The notes under the pieces are model-generated. The model was not told the origin of the DNA and did not search any database. It worked only from the letters and a program-made list of their open reading frames with translations. Both the position numbers and the translations under genes were made by a program. DNA of 63,257 bases, counting the filler. It is 14 parts of 14 records of this genome, joined end to end, with 100 filler letters (N's around TTAATTAATTAA, not from the genome) between each part and the next. Parts side by side here need not be neighbours in the genome. Positions count along the whole stretch, not along the records: positions 1 to 4,697 come from SRR7504441_13714; positions 4,798 to 11,195 come from SRR7504441_13717; positions 11,296 to 15,345 come from SRR7504441_13718; 11 more parts are not named here. The stretch is one strand, 5' to 3'. Below, one piece after another: positions 1-11,614 of the stretch; position 1 is the first letter of the stretch, and each line of letters begins with the position of its first letter.

Positions 1-1
1 G

Positions 2-1486
2 GTGGCGAATCCCATCGTTGCGGCCGAGACCAAGCTACAGCGCGCAATACTCAAATCAGATCCGGTCGGCATCGGCGCAGCACGCAAGGAGATTGAGGCA
101 GCAAAGGTGAATGCCAAGCGGGGCGAATTTGAGCTGGAGATGCTTCGTGAAGCCAATCGGATCGCCGAAGCGCGTGCAGAAGCACTGGACAGCCGACTGG
201 ACGCGCAGGCCGCTCGAGCAGCTGAGGTCGATAAGGCGCTCTCTGTTGGCGAAACGGCGTGCAACCTGGTGAAGGTAACGCTGCCATCTTTGCAGGCCTT
301 TCAGGAGGAGGTGAAGGGGACTTTAGCCCGACAGTCCGCCACTGTAAGTGAGCTGGGTGCGAGTCTCCCCAGTATCATCCAAAAGCTGGAACACAAGGTC
401 TACCAGGAGCAGCAGCTTTGGATCCAGCTGGAATCTTTGGACAGCAGAGTGCTGCAAGCTGACAAGGACATCGAACGGGCTGTAGAGAACGATCGGTGGA
501 GCGCAGCCAAACTCAAGCAGGCGAGCGCTCAAGTGGGTGCGCTGCAAGATCAGCTGAACGCCGAGGTTGCCAAGAGCCGCGAGTTGGACGCTCAATTGAA
601 GCGGGCAACGGACAGCACCAAAGAGGCGATTAGGGCCAAGGAAGAAGATGCTTGGAAGGCTGCGTGCATAGAAGAAGACGAGCGCCGGAGTGCATCGGAC
701 CTAAAGCAAGCTAGCGCCCAAGTGGATGCACTGCGCGACCAGCTTGACGCCGAGGTGGCTAAGAGCCGCGAGCTAGAGCTCCAATTGAAGCGAGCAGTGA
801 ACACTTATGAATCCGCGATCAGGGACAAGGAGGCGGAGGCGGTCCGCTTGGACTTCAAATTGTCGTCAGAGATGGACCAGGCAAGGCGCGAGTTGGAAGC
901 GGAGCGGTTTCAGAGGCGTCAGCTCGCGGAGCAGCATGCGGCTGAGCTCGTTGTAAAGGACGAAAAGTTGGTTGATGCTAAGGGGGAACTGAAGCACGCG
1001 AGCTTAGAGCTTACACGGCTGCATGGCGATCTGGATCAGGGACTAGCCAAGACCCAGGAGCTGGAGGCAAGCTTGAAGGGTCTACGGGAATTAAGGTGCT
1101 CACAATTGGATGAGATTGATGAGGATGAAACGCAGTCAACGGACGGCACAGTCGTGCTTTCCTGCCTAGAAGACGTGCTGAGCAACATCCAAACAGCCCA
1201 GCAGAAGGTGAAGCATGTACTACAAGACCAGCCCGCGGGACGCGCTGTCAGTAAAAGCAGTCCTCAACGGAGTAAGAATGTCACGAAAGGTGTTAAGACT
1301 GGGAACGAGTGGCTAAAAGAAGCTGGTGACGGTTCGCCTTTGGGTGCGATCAGGCGGGATCTCGCGAGCCTAAAAGATGATATCGATCCGGAAGGATTGG
1401 AACGGTGGCAGAGGATGGAGCGAATGAAGTTAGAAGATATCTCACGCAAGCTTACGGACTCTGACATTGATCTCATTCTAAAATGA
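2..1486 (+). CDS. Coiled-coil protein, 5'-truncated, with an internal ~63-aa duplication
   Basis: Open 494-aa frame rich in E/A/K/L/Q/R heptads. The segment LKQASAQV..L.DQL.AEVAKSREL..QLKRA occurs twice (about 515-606 and 704-795). Confidence 0.65.
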   Translation: MANPIVAAETKLQRAILKSDPVGIGAARKEIEAAKVNAKRGEFELEMLREANRIAEARAEALDSRLDAQAARAAEVDKALSVGETACNLVKVTLPSLQAFQEEVKGTLARQSATVSELGASLPSIIQKLEHKVYQEQQLWIQLESLDSRVLQADKDIERAVENDRWSAAKLKQASAQVGALQDQLNAEVAKSRELDAQLKRATDSTKEAIRAKEEDAWKAACIEEDERRSASDLKQASAQVDALRDQLDAEVAKSRELELQLKRAVNTYESAIRDKEAEAVRLDFKLSSEMDQARRELEAERFQRRQLAEQHAAELVVKDEKLVDAKGELKHASLELTRLHGDLDQGLAKTQELEASLKGLRELRCSQLDEIDEDETQSTDGTVVLSCLEDVLSNIQTAQQKVKHVLQDQPAGRAVSKSSPQRSKNVTKGVKTGNEWLKEAGDGSPLGAIRRDLASLKDDIDPEGLERWQRMERMKLEDISRKLTDSDIDLILK

Positions 1487-1729
1487 CACAAGCATGTAAA
1501 AATAAATCAAAGCTACTTATAACTAAGTCTTATACAATGACTGATCTAGATCTATGTTTAAGCAGTTAGCTTGGTACTAGCTTGGTACATGATTGTTCGA
1601 GAGATCTCGTTTGAAATTTAGTTCACGAGCTCATCGTACAAGTACCGCGTGATTACCGCGTGGTTTATGGGGCGCGACCCCTCAGAGCGTCACGCGTGAT
1701 TTTTGTCTACAATGTGTGGCCATCACCGC

Positions 1730-2774
1730 TCATTGGTACCCGGCCGCAACGATGGATGCCATCACTGCCGAGTCCGCCTGATCCGTCGAGAAGCCCTTGG
1801 TCATCACTCCCTCATAGAACAACCCCCCCCGCCCACGGCGAGTTGTCGCCGCCGATCCCAAGTATGATCGCGCCCTGCTTCTTCATTGGGACGTAGTTGC
1901 TGTTCGGGCGCGGCCCGTCATACGTCGTCTTCAGCGAGTTGGCCACCTGTGCGTTCCCCGCTTTAATTGCAAAGTGGTTGCCCGAGTTGCCCTTCAGAAT
2001 GGCCGTGACAAACGGGTAGTCCAGCGCCTGTCCTTGGCCGTAGATTCCATTCTCCAGGTCGGCCCCCACTCCAAACGGCTTGTTGCCACCCGCACCGCCC
2101 AGCCAGATCGCTTCCATTGTACCATCGGTGCACACGCTGCCCGATACATTCCAGGTCTCAGCGTTCCCATAGTCGAAGCAGCAGTTGCTGCTCCCCTCGG
2201 GCAGATCCCGGCCGCCCAGCACAGCTAGAATCGTCTCGGGCTCATCATTCTGGGCAGTGCCGCGGGCCGACCGATTCGAGTATCCCTGGCCGATCCAGGG
2301 CTTGCCATTGTAGCCCGCAGGCGCCCCGGCGAAGAATGCGGCGTATACCGGCTGGCCCCGCAGGCTGGCCTTGCTCCGGGGGTCAGTGAAGTTGACTCCG
2401 AGGTCCTGGATGTTCCTGAGCGGGTTGATGTTGTGCCCGCGCTGGGCTGGCCCCTCCAGACCCAGGTGGTTCTGCCAGGGCGACTGATCGTAGATCGCCT
2501 GGACCGTGCACGCCGAGCCGGCGCAGAAGGCGTCGTGCGCGGCGGCATCCGCGACCCCGCCGGGAGCTCTGACCTTGACATCCATGGTTTGGTTCTGGGG
2601 CAGCTTGTGCAGCCGGTAGAGAGATCCGTTGTAGCCGGCGTACAAGCTGCGGGTCATCGAGTGGGCAGCCACGCAAGGCGTCCCGGCCTGCAGGTAGATG
2701 TCGCAGACCTCCTGCCCGTCGGCCAGCGCCGCCAGGGCGACCGCCCAGCTGATCATCCCCCTCGCGATGTGCAT
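1730..2774 (-). CDS. Secreted GH54 alpha-L-arabinofuranosidase B catalytic domain (no CBM42), with an apparent +1 frameshift in a G8 run
   Basis: Signal peptide, then CDIY..AGTPCVAAHS.TR.LY, IYDQS, CCFDYGNAE, TMEAI, ADLENG and GIGGDNS. The conserved tail LFYEGVMTKGFSTDQADSAVMASIVAAGYQ* continues in another frame after the C8 run at 1823-1830, ending at TGA 1732-1730. Confidence 0.9.
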
Positions 2775-2922
2775 GCTGACTGGCCTCACACCGCGAGCAC
2801 CTCACCGCGGCCGCGAGCACCTCAGTTCCGTTGTTATTGAACCCGACGGCTTTTAGCGCTTATCACTCCGGCAGACCACGCTGGATCGCCCCGACAAGCG
2901 AGCTCGCCTCGCAGACCCAGCA

Positions 2923-4523
2923 ATGGGGTGTGGGGCGTCGATGCAGCCCACGCCGGGCGAGCAGCCGCTGGACCCGCCGAAGCCGATGCACGCGAGCAGC
3001 CGGCTCGCGGCGGTGGGGGCGGCCAACGGGGCGGGGTCGGGCGAGCTTCGGGCCTGGCTCGGGTTCGTCAAACTGGACGAAAAGTTCCCCTCAAAGCCGA
3101 TGCTCGAGACCCTATTGTACAACAGCAGCCAGGGGAGCGCCGAGGGCTGCGACGTGATCGCGCTCAGCCTGACCGACCTCAAAATCACAGAGGAGACCCT
3201 CCCAGGCACCCGGCACCTGCTCAAGAACGCGCTCAAGAACCCCGGCGAGTACGTGTTCAACGAGGACGACGACTCGCTGGTGTTCCGGCACGTCCCCGCC
3301 CAGCTGGTCAAGACGATGGGCGGTGGAGGCGCCCGGTACTGCTCTCTGCACGTGGCGGTGCGCAAGGGGCTGGTCAAGGACACGGAATACGACATGGACC
3401 GGGACCACTATGACTGCTTCCCGGTGCCGGTCCAGCTGGCGTGCAAGTCGTCCCGCCGGAATGAGTTCTCGCCCACCTTCAAGTCAGTGCTCGTGCAGGA
3501 GATCGTGTTGTGGCAGGGCGAGAAGGAGGTCGATCTGATGCTGATCGGGGCCAACTTTGACACCAATGACGTGGCCAAACTCGGCCAGATCGAGGCGCTC
3601 GAGCGGCTCATCCGGCACGAGCAACGGACCCAGTGCGACGGGCATCCGTTTGTGGCGCTAATTTGGGGAGACTTTAACAACCGGCTGGTCGCGTGGGACG
3701 GGCTGCAGAAGCAGCACTGGCAGCCGACCAAGAAGGGGGGCGAGCTGACGGACAAGGGGACCGAATTGCTCGGGCAGATGATCAGCACCGCGCAGGGCCG
3801 GCGGTGCCTACCTGCTGCGGGCTTGCTGAGTCGGGGCAGGGATCTGCTCACAAAAGACTCGATGTGCTACAGCGGGAAAGACATGCGCGGGGAGCCGTTC
3901 GTAATGCCGGCGTGTAACGTCAAGCTACAGGAGCTGTTCAAGCTGTGCACTGACGCTGGGCCGGAGCTGGAGATCCCAATGCCGTCGTATAAGCAGATTC
4001 CGTTTGATGTGCGGCTCTCTGAGCAGCTTGGGGTACATGTTAAACTGACCGATGCGATCTCGTTGCACCAGGTGGCTGGCGGCCGGCCGGTGGCTGGAGC
4101 GCGGGAGCAGGTCAAGGAGCTGCATGTGAAGGACCAGAAGATCAACCGGACCTACTTCAGTTGGCAGGACCTGCAGGGCAACTACCCCCAGGTGCCTAAC
4201 TGTCAGCCCGACTGAGCCCATGCCAGCGGGTGATTCGGGAGGAGCCGGTAATCTCGGGCGAGATGGCCCAGCGCCGGCCTTCGCGGCCCGGGACCGGGAC
4301 CAAGGAGCCGGCCGATCCAGAGGACCGGCCGACCAATGTCTACCTGCAGCTCGGCTGGCTTGACGGGGTCGGGATATACAAGGAGAGCACCGCCAAGGCC
4401 ACCATGCTCCAGGTACCCGCCGGTGCTCCCAGGCTAAAGCCCGTGCAGGTCTGGGAGACCGAGAAGGAAGTACAGGCGTTTGACCATCTACCGCTGCGCG
4501 CGGTGGTCTCAATCGATATATGA
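2923..4523 (+). CDS. EEP-superfamily, inositol polyphosphate 5-phosphatase-like protein (spliced); N-terminal MGCGAS myristoylation/palmitoylation-type motif
   Basis: IWGDFNNRL, PSYK, LGWLDGV and FDHLPL resemble the IPPc motifs GDxNxR, PxYK, PxWxDRI and SDHxPV. GT-AG introns at 3804-3839, 4072-4110, 4192-4226 and 4413-4448. Confidence 0.6.
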
Positions 4524-4697
4524 TTCACTTGACGAGTACATACGTCCGCTTTCCGCGCTCCACGAGTGTGCAAACGGGCAATCATTCTACATGTGTGCTG
4601 ACGGTAGCCACATGTGCTTCGTGTGCGCAAACGTCACAACACATAGTAGAGTATTTATACCAAGTATCGTTTCAACTTTAAAAAATTCATCAATAGA

Positions 4698-4797
4698 NNN
4701 NNNNNNNNNNNNNNNNNNNNNNNNNNNNNNNNNNNNNNNNNTTAATTAATTAANNNNNNNNNNNNNNNNNNNNNNNNNNNNNNNNNNNNNNNNNNNN
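4698..4797. other. Artificial contig linker N44-TTAATTAATTAA-N44 (first of 13; others at 11196, 15346, 19573, 23178, 26336, 30053, 34953, 39199, 42979, 47084, 51507, 57134, each 100 nt)
   Basis: Identical 100-nt N-padded six-frame-stop spacer repeated 13 times. Confidence 0.98.
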
Positions 4798-4799
4798 GA

Positions 4800-7284
4800 G
4801 TGGCCCAAGCTGCGGATGAGGCCGAGGCCAAGGAGAGGCAAGGAAGCCCTCGTTACGACCGCTGCGGCACATTTGGCTGCATCCTGAAGGATCGACACGA
4901 AGGTCTGCACGTGTTTGAGGTCGCTGGGCCAAGACAGGCGGCGGATTGCCAGCGACTGCCTCGACCAGCGGCTGCTCGGCCAGTTGTTTTATCATCTAGT
5001 GATGACGACAATATGGTGCAACCAACAAATGGCCAACCAGCCGCAGAGCCTGCTGCGCCGGCAGGACGGCCGCGGCCACGCGCAGCCAGCCCCGAGCTCA
5101 GGTTGAACGAGCTGCTGCTTTTTCAAAAGATCGAGATTCGCGGCCGCGGCCCGGGGCTTCCGGCCCGTTGGCTGCTTGTCACTGTAATAAGTGCAGAGTA
5201 TGGCCGTGCAAACTGGCGGTGCTTATATTGTGCAGGGCCCGAGACGCTGTCAAGACCACTGTGGCAGTGTGACAATGGCAACGGCTGTATTCATGGCGTG
5301 CACGTAGATTGCGTGGGCGAGCTGATTGTGGAAGGTGGCCAAAGCTGGTTTTGCAGCCCAGAATGTGCAGAAGGCGCACACTATACGATGCCAATTGACG
5401 GGAGAGCCGATCAGTGCCAGCTGGAGGTCATGGCTGCAAACGGGACTCAGTTTGAGATCGACCTGTTTGACAACGCCGTGCAGTGGCGCTGGCCTGTGGA
5501 CCAATGCGAGCAGCAGCGCTTAGAGAGTCAAGCAGCCGTGGACAGCAGCGATGAGCCTGCCTACGTCGAGCTCAACTCGAGTGACGAGGAGCAGCCAGAC
5601 AAGCCCAAGCCCAAGCCCCGGGCAAAGCAGCTCGGCAAGAGGCCGCACCGTGAAGAGCGGGCCCCGGCCCCAAAGTTCGCTTCGCTGCAGTGCCATCAGC
5701 CGGTGGATATTGGCCAGTTGAATGGACCGTATGCGATCGCAGACTTTTGCTGTGGCGCAACAGGAGGATTTTCTGCTGTAGCCAGGCGGCTAGGCTTGGT
5801 TACAAAGCTAGCGGCCGAGATAGACACAAATTGTAGAGAGGTGACCCTAACCCTAACCATGACTGACTGACTTACTGACTGACTGAGGTGTATGAGGACA
5901 CCTACCCAGAATTTGCAGAAAATTTCCCGCGCGACGTGCATCAGATTTTGCCTGAGGACATCCCCAAGGAATGCATCATATGGTGTGCTGGATTCCCATG
6001 CCAGGTACCCCCTTAAATGTAAAGCTTTCGCAAGGCCAGAGGCTGAAGTAAGGCTGTGCAGCACTATAGTCTCAAGGGCAAAAGAAAAGGTCTGGATGGC
6101 GGCCCTCAGGCACATGTTTCCTTCCACCTCATCGATTTGGCGCGAGTCTGTAGGCCGCCAGTGCTTCTGTTTGAGGTTTGCACTCCCAGCTGCTTCTGCC
6201 GCCTGAGCCTTGGCTGTCGCTTTATTGGCCGCCTCCCTAGCACGACCCTGCATCGCTGCCCCAGCCAGCACTCCTTCACGCAGCAAGCCCAATCCAGCCT
6301 GTGCTCTAGCGTTGCTGTGGTGGTCGCTTAACTGGTTCTGCAGTGTACCTGGAGCGCACCATGGCAGATCCTGAAAGAGCGACTGAGAGCCATTGGCCGC
6401 AGCTCCACATTCATGGAACTCCCACCAGGTGCGCTGCACCCTACTGGATCTGCCTGAAAGCTGGAGCAGTGGCTATTGGCGTCCCTCAGCTTCGAAAGCG
6501 GCTGTATTGTATCTCGTTTTTAGATGCAGTGCATGCTCAGGCTTTCGAGCAGTCAGATGTCGTCTCCTCAGCTGCGCGAGTCTGCAGCTGCGGGATCAGC
6601 GAAATTGTGGATCACATCTGCAGAGAGAGTGACGTGTGCAAGTCTACCAGCAAGTGGGGCAAACGGTACGTCATCCGGCCGCTCGACTCGTCACTCCCAT
6701 CTACATGCCTCACGCGGAGGTAGCCTAACTACTACTATGCTACTACTACTAGTATCCTTGCGTACCACCCCTTGACTCCAACTCAGATACATCGGAGATG
6801 GATATGATGTAACCTATGTGGTTACCAAGACCTCCAACGAGCTTTCGACGATGGCTGGATTCGAGATCTCAAGAGGGGAGAAACTCACAGGAGCAAACTT
6901 CCAGGAGGGCGGCAATCTGAGCCACTTGAAGGATCAGGTGGCATTCCGACGATTCTCACCAAGAGAATGCTACCGCCTTATGGATTTCCGCGAGGAAGAA
7001 GAGATGAAGGTACCTACGCTCGGTGCTCACTTACTCACACCTTGGGCCAGATCCAGGGGAACGTGTGCAAGAACTTCAAGAGCGAAGCCATCGGCAACTC
7101 TATTGTGCTTGGAGTGGTCGAGGTGATTGTTGAGCAAATCTGTCATGCTCTTGGTTTGGCTGTCACACCTAATGACAAAACACAAACACGCCGCGACCAA
7201 CTCAAACAACAATACCCAGAAAAGCTACGAAAGCTGACAAAGAATCACGACCAAGGCTTCTCTTATACCACATTCCATATATAG
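4800..7284 (+). CDS. C5 cytosine DNA methyltransferase with N-terminal PHD-type finger (5'-truncated, multi-intron)
   Basis: After splicing: motif I DFCCGATGG, motif II AAEID, motif IV CAGFPCQ, HYSLKGKRKG, RPPVLLFE, motif VIII GVPQLRKRLY, motif IX RRFSPRECYRLMDF, motif X AIGNSI. PHD-like CLYC...CDNGNGC..VHVDC...WFCSPEC upstream. Introns include 5841-5887, about 6005-6061, about 6176-6343, about 6429-6469, about 6720-6786 and about 7010-7050. Confidence 0.85.
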
Positions 7285-7612
7285 ATATATTTATCCGTGA
7301 AGTCAAGCCTAGCCCGCGCGACATGTGCTTCTACTAAATCCTTTGGTGGTTTAGAGTTGCTAGCACACTATACATGTACACTGTAGTCTTAAGCTTCCAC
7401 ACCGACCGAGGCGAGTACCGACGGCATAGGTAACCGGCACAGTACTCGTACATGTAGTATACGGTGGACCTTGTAATACTTAGATCGCCGGATAGACGTC
7501 TACGGTGTACAACGGCATGTATGACTGACATTGTGCGAGTACGCCGGATGCGTATTACAAGTAGTTTATTATGTTTTGAACAGGTAAACCACTCGATCTA
7601 AATAGTCGATAG

Positions 7613-10600
7613 TCAGATTCCATCTCGCTTGATCCCATTGAGCACATTTCGGAGGAACTCGATGTGGGCTGCCTGCATCGATGTCGACGCCATGTTTCCC
7701 TCCGTCTCATCCGGGTGTCCTGTCCAGTGCACGGCACAAGACCTTTCCCCCGTGGCTTCCACGACTATACGTGACCCCCCCGTAAGTGGTACAGCGTCAT
7801 GAAACTGGTATGCAATCACCATGTTCTCCTCATCGAGTTCTTCACAAGACTCCCAGAAAGTGATCTGGCCGTCGTCGCTCTGAATAAAGCGCTTTGCCCC
7901 TAGTCCGTTACCCTCTGTGGTGGTAACATTCATGGAACTGTACCGCGTGATGTAAGGAGCCTTCCAATTCTGCCGCAATCTAATCAAACAAGCCTTGGAG
8001 CTATAACTAAATTAAACAGTAACTAAAGAGGGGTGCGGCCGGGACCTTGATGTAGGACCACATCTGATTTGCAGGGTATGGATAGTCCATCACGTGCTCC
8101 CATCTAGCGGGTCCCAAGGAGGCAGTTGGGTTTGGCTCCCGGGGCGAGCCTGGATCTGGCCCAGCCATGATGACATCGAGCTCCGATGTGATGAATTGCG
8201 TGTACAAGGCCAGCCTCTCGAGAATCGTTCTGCGTCGAGAGTGGATCTCGAGCTCGGGGTTTACATACAGATTGCATTCTTTGAGCTTTACACTACAGTC
8301 AAAAGCGCTTTCCGTATTGCGAAGCCACAGGTTGGACATGGCTTCGATCACTTTTAGACTATCAAGGTCATCAAGTAGCTGCATGTGGTCTGTCTCTACA
8401 TCTATGACTTTGACAATTTTCGATTTCGAAGCCCAGATCGGGTTCGTTCTTTGAGTTCCATCCACATTCAATGTTGCGTTGAAGAAAAGCACACGGGTGC
8501 ACTCACCACTTTCAAGGTTTGGGAAGAATCCGTCCAATTCATTCCACTCATCTGGGAAGCCCATGGTCGGGGCTTCTGTCAAAGAGAGCAACCGCGTGAG
8601 CTCATCAGTCTGATACTCGACAAAGTTCCTCAGTGAAACTGGCATATTGGTAGGCTGTGAACGATGCATCCACTTCCTGATTTCACTTCCTGCATCATGG
8701 ACCTGAAGAAGCAGCTCCGGAACCCCGTGTGCAAGCAAGTAGGGCTCTAGAAGATTCGGAATGTGAACTGGATGAAATGCATCCAAAACAATCACCGAGA
8801 GTACAGGATAGCCATCCTGCTGCAATAGACTTGCAACTCGGACAGCTACCCACCCTCCGTGACTGTAACCACCCAGGTGGACAGGACCTGTTGGCTCAAG
8901 TTGCCGTATTGAATTCTTGTGGTGAACTGCCAATGCTTCCACATCAAGAGAGTCACCCCTTTCCAAACCATACACATATCGAGACTCTTGCAGGCCAGAG
9001 ACGAGATCCGCAAAGGCAGCAGTGGTGCCCATCCCAGCGGCTGCCAGGAACAGCGTGGGTTTCATTTCCTCCGAATGTTCTGGACCTCGCAGAGTCACGC
9101 ACAGATCTGGGAGCGTGCGTTTGATGGCAGATGTGGAGGTAGGTTCTGGGAGGAACTGCTGGTCAGGTGATAGGCTTTGGCTGCCAAGGAAGGTGACAAG
9201 CTGTCCGAGGGTGGGATGGTCTAGGAGCAGGCTGTTTGGTAACTTCGCGTCCAGAGCCTGAAACAGAACCGGTGAGCTATGCAGGACAGGCCCATCATGT
9301 ATTACCTGTGATAACTTCCGAGCTATCGCAATCGCGTCGTTTGAGGTGATGCCATGCTGACTAAACGACGTCGTTTGAGGTGATTTGGTAGCTGCCAAGC
9401 CAAAATTGACGAGACCTGTTTCCCCATCAATGAACGCAATAATCTTGGAAGCAGTACCTGTAGTTGCTTCGATCGTTTTGAGAATCAACTCATCGAGACC
9501 CTTGGTAGAAACTTGCTTCACCTTGCTTGAAAATGGCCGCTTGGACTGTAAGGCAGCTGAACGCTTAGGCTGCCAGGCATCAACCCAATAGTCTCGCCCA
9601 AGGTGGCGCTCTGCTTCGCTATCACGGTGCATTAAAATGTGGATATTGTCTCCACTTGCACTTGTGCCACTTAAGCCAGCGAGATGCTGACACTTCACGT
9701 CCAACTTTGCTGGAAGGTTGACAGGTAGCCATGACATTGGCCAGCTTGTAATGCCTTGTGCTAGTTGTAGTATGTTGCTGTGTGGGGGCACCTCGCAGTG
9801 GGTTAGGTTCAGAATTGCCACCACAACTCCGACAATCCCTGATGCACTGACAGTATGGGCAAAGTTGGCCTGAACCACACAAGACATCAACCAGGCCGAA
9901 CAAGGAGACCACCTTATGACCAGCCAGCACCAGTGGGCGAGGACGAAACTCCAAGAATGCATTTCTCATGGCTTGGATCTCTGGCCGGTCGGAATTTTGG
10001 CTTCCCATGGCTGCAAAGCAAGACACTTATAATTCCAATAGGCTGATCAAACGAAGCACCGTGTAAGTGCACGAAGTCTATCGCTCCAGGATCCACCTGG
10101 GCTTCAGAAAGTGCAGCTGTTGCAGCGAGTTCCATGGCATCCGCATCAGCAAAAGCTGGCGGCAAGAGGGTGCTGGTCTTGTTCGTTGCCCGGCCGACTA
10201 CACTACCATGCATTAAGGTGGAGCTGACTTGCATTGCAATGGCAGCACAGCCCTCTGCAATGCACACACGTCAGTTAGCATGTTGAATGGGTTCCAAGAG
10301 GGCTATATAAAGGCGCTATAAAATACTTACCACCCCAGATCAGTCCGGTGGATGCAGCATCGAGTGGTTGCATGACGCCGGAGTCACTAAAGAGGCGCAT
10401 TTGAAGGGCACCAACAGCGAAATGAGGTTGAAGCATGAGGCTGATACCAGCGGCTATTGCAGTCGAACATGCACCCTTGTGGATGTTTGCTACGGCCTCA
10501 CAGACAGCAAGATATCCTGAGCTGCACACTGCCTCGGTATTTGTGTGCGGGCCGTCCAGCCCTAATATTGACAAAGTAATTCGGGAGACCATGTAAGGTG

Positions 10601-11195
10601 CAAGCTTTACTGCAAAGTCAGTGCATGCTGCTGCCGTAAAAACGCCTATCGTCTCAAGGCCAAGATCAGACTGCAACCCAGCATCAGTGAGCGCTGCTGT
10701 TGCATAGGAAGTGAGATAGTGTATGTGTAGGTCATGTGCTTGATTCACATTATCGCCATTGGATAGGTAGATGTCTTCGAGACAGTCGATGAATGCACCC
10801 ATGAGTAACATGGAAGAAGTGTTCGCTTCTTGCCAGACTTTCTTCCAGCGAGAGGGCGGATTCTCAGTTATATGACACTGCTTTCTGGATAAAGAGGACC
10901 AGAGATTATGCAGCGTGCCTGTATCATTGGCCAACTTATGTGCCAATCCAACGACCCCGATTTTCACTTTTGGTACGGGAGTTGCTCTACCCAGGGCTAT
11001 CGAGATCGCCTTTGCATTTTCCCGTGTGTTGACCGGATCACTCTGCTTCAGTTGGACACACAGAAATTCTGTCAATCTTGCTACAGTTGGATGCTCAAAT
11101 GAAAGAGTGGCTTTGAGTTTCAAAACATCGCCTAGTTCGTGTTGCAGCAGGTTACGCAGCTCGGCGGCTGCTAGAGAGTCCACGCCATTCTCCAT
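7613..11195 (-). CDS. 3' part of a modular type I polyketide synthase: ACP-KS-ACP-thioesterase-SRPBCC (polyketide cyclase-like), 5'-truncated, spliced
   Basis: ACP GVDSLAAAELRN...FEHPTV. KS with EAVCSSG, HLHAMG and HKANFAH (Cys-His-His after intron removal). Second ACP GITS...LDHPTL. TE GGYSHGG/VLDA/DHM. Intron 8045-7970 joins YPANQMWSYIK to NWKAPY...AKRFI...WESCEELDEENMVIAYQF (START/SRPBCC-like). Confidence 0.85.
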
Positions 11196-11340
11196 NNNNN
11201 NNNNNNNNNNNNNNNNNNNNNNNNNNNNNNNNNNNNNNNTTAATTAATTAANNNNNNNNNNNNNNNNNNNNNNNNNNNNNNNNNNNNNNNNNNNNTACGA
11301 GTCTAGTCGACGCCGCATAATTATGTACTGTACAAGTCAT

Positions 11341-11356
11341 GTACTCGTACGAGTAC
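11341..11356. repeat. Perfect 16-bp palindrome GTACTCGTACGAGTAC (two overlapping copies of the recurrent 10-mer)
   Basis: Read directly; it equals its own reverse complement. Confidence 0.9.
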
Positions 11357-11614
11357 GTACGCACGAGTCTACGCCATCAAGTAGCCATCAAGTACATACA
11401 TGTAACATTACTATGAGACCATCTGATAACCATCTAAGCTTAAACCGTGTTAGAAATGAACAGAGTCACACATTTGGACAGTGATTACCAGCCTCACAAT
11501 ACCATGGTGCATATGAGTAGAGTCTACGTAGTACATTCACGCCCAAACTGATGACTAGAATCACTCCCAATCAAGTTGACATTGCATTTCCCTCAGCGTG
11601 ATCAATTGAGCACA

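Noticed and set aside
4742-4753. TTAATTAATTAA repeated 13 times between N runs, resembling a regularly spaced repeat or target site
   Set aside because: Artificial six-frame-stop linker used to concatenate contigs.
4800-11195. DNMT and PKS as a functional gene cluster
   Set aside because: Simply convergent neighbours; a DNA C5 methyltransferase has no known tailoring role.
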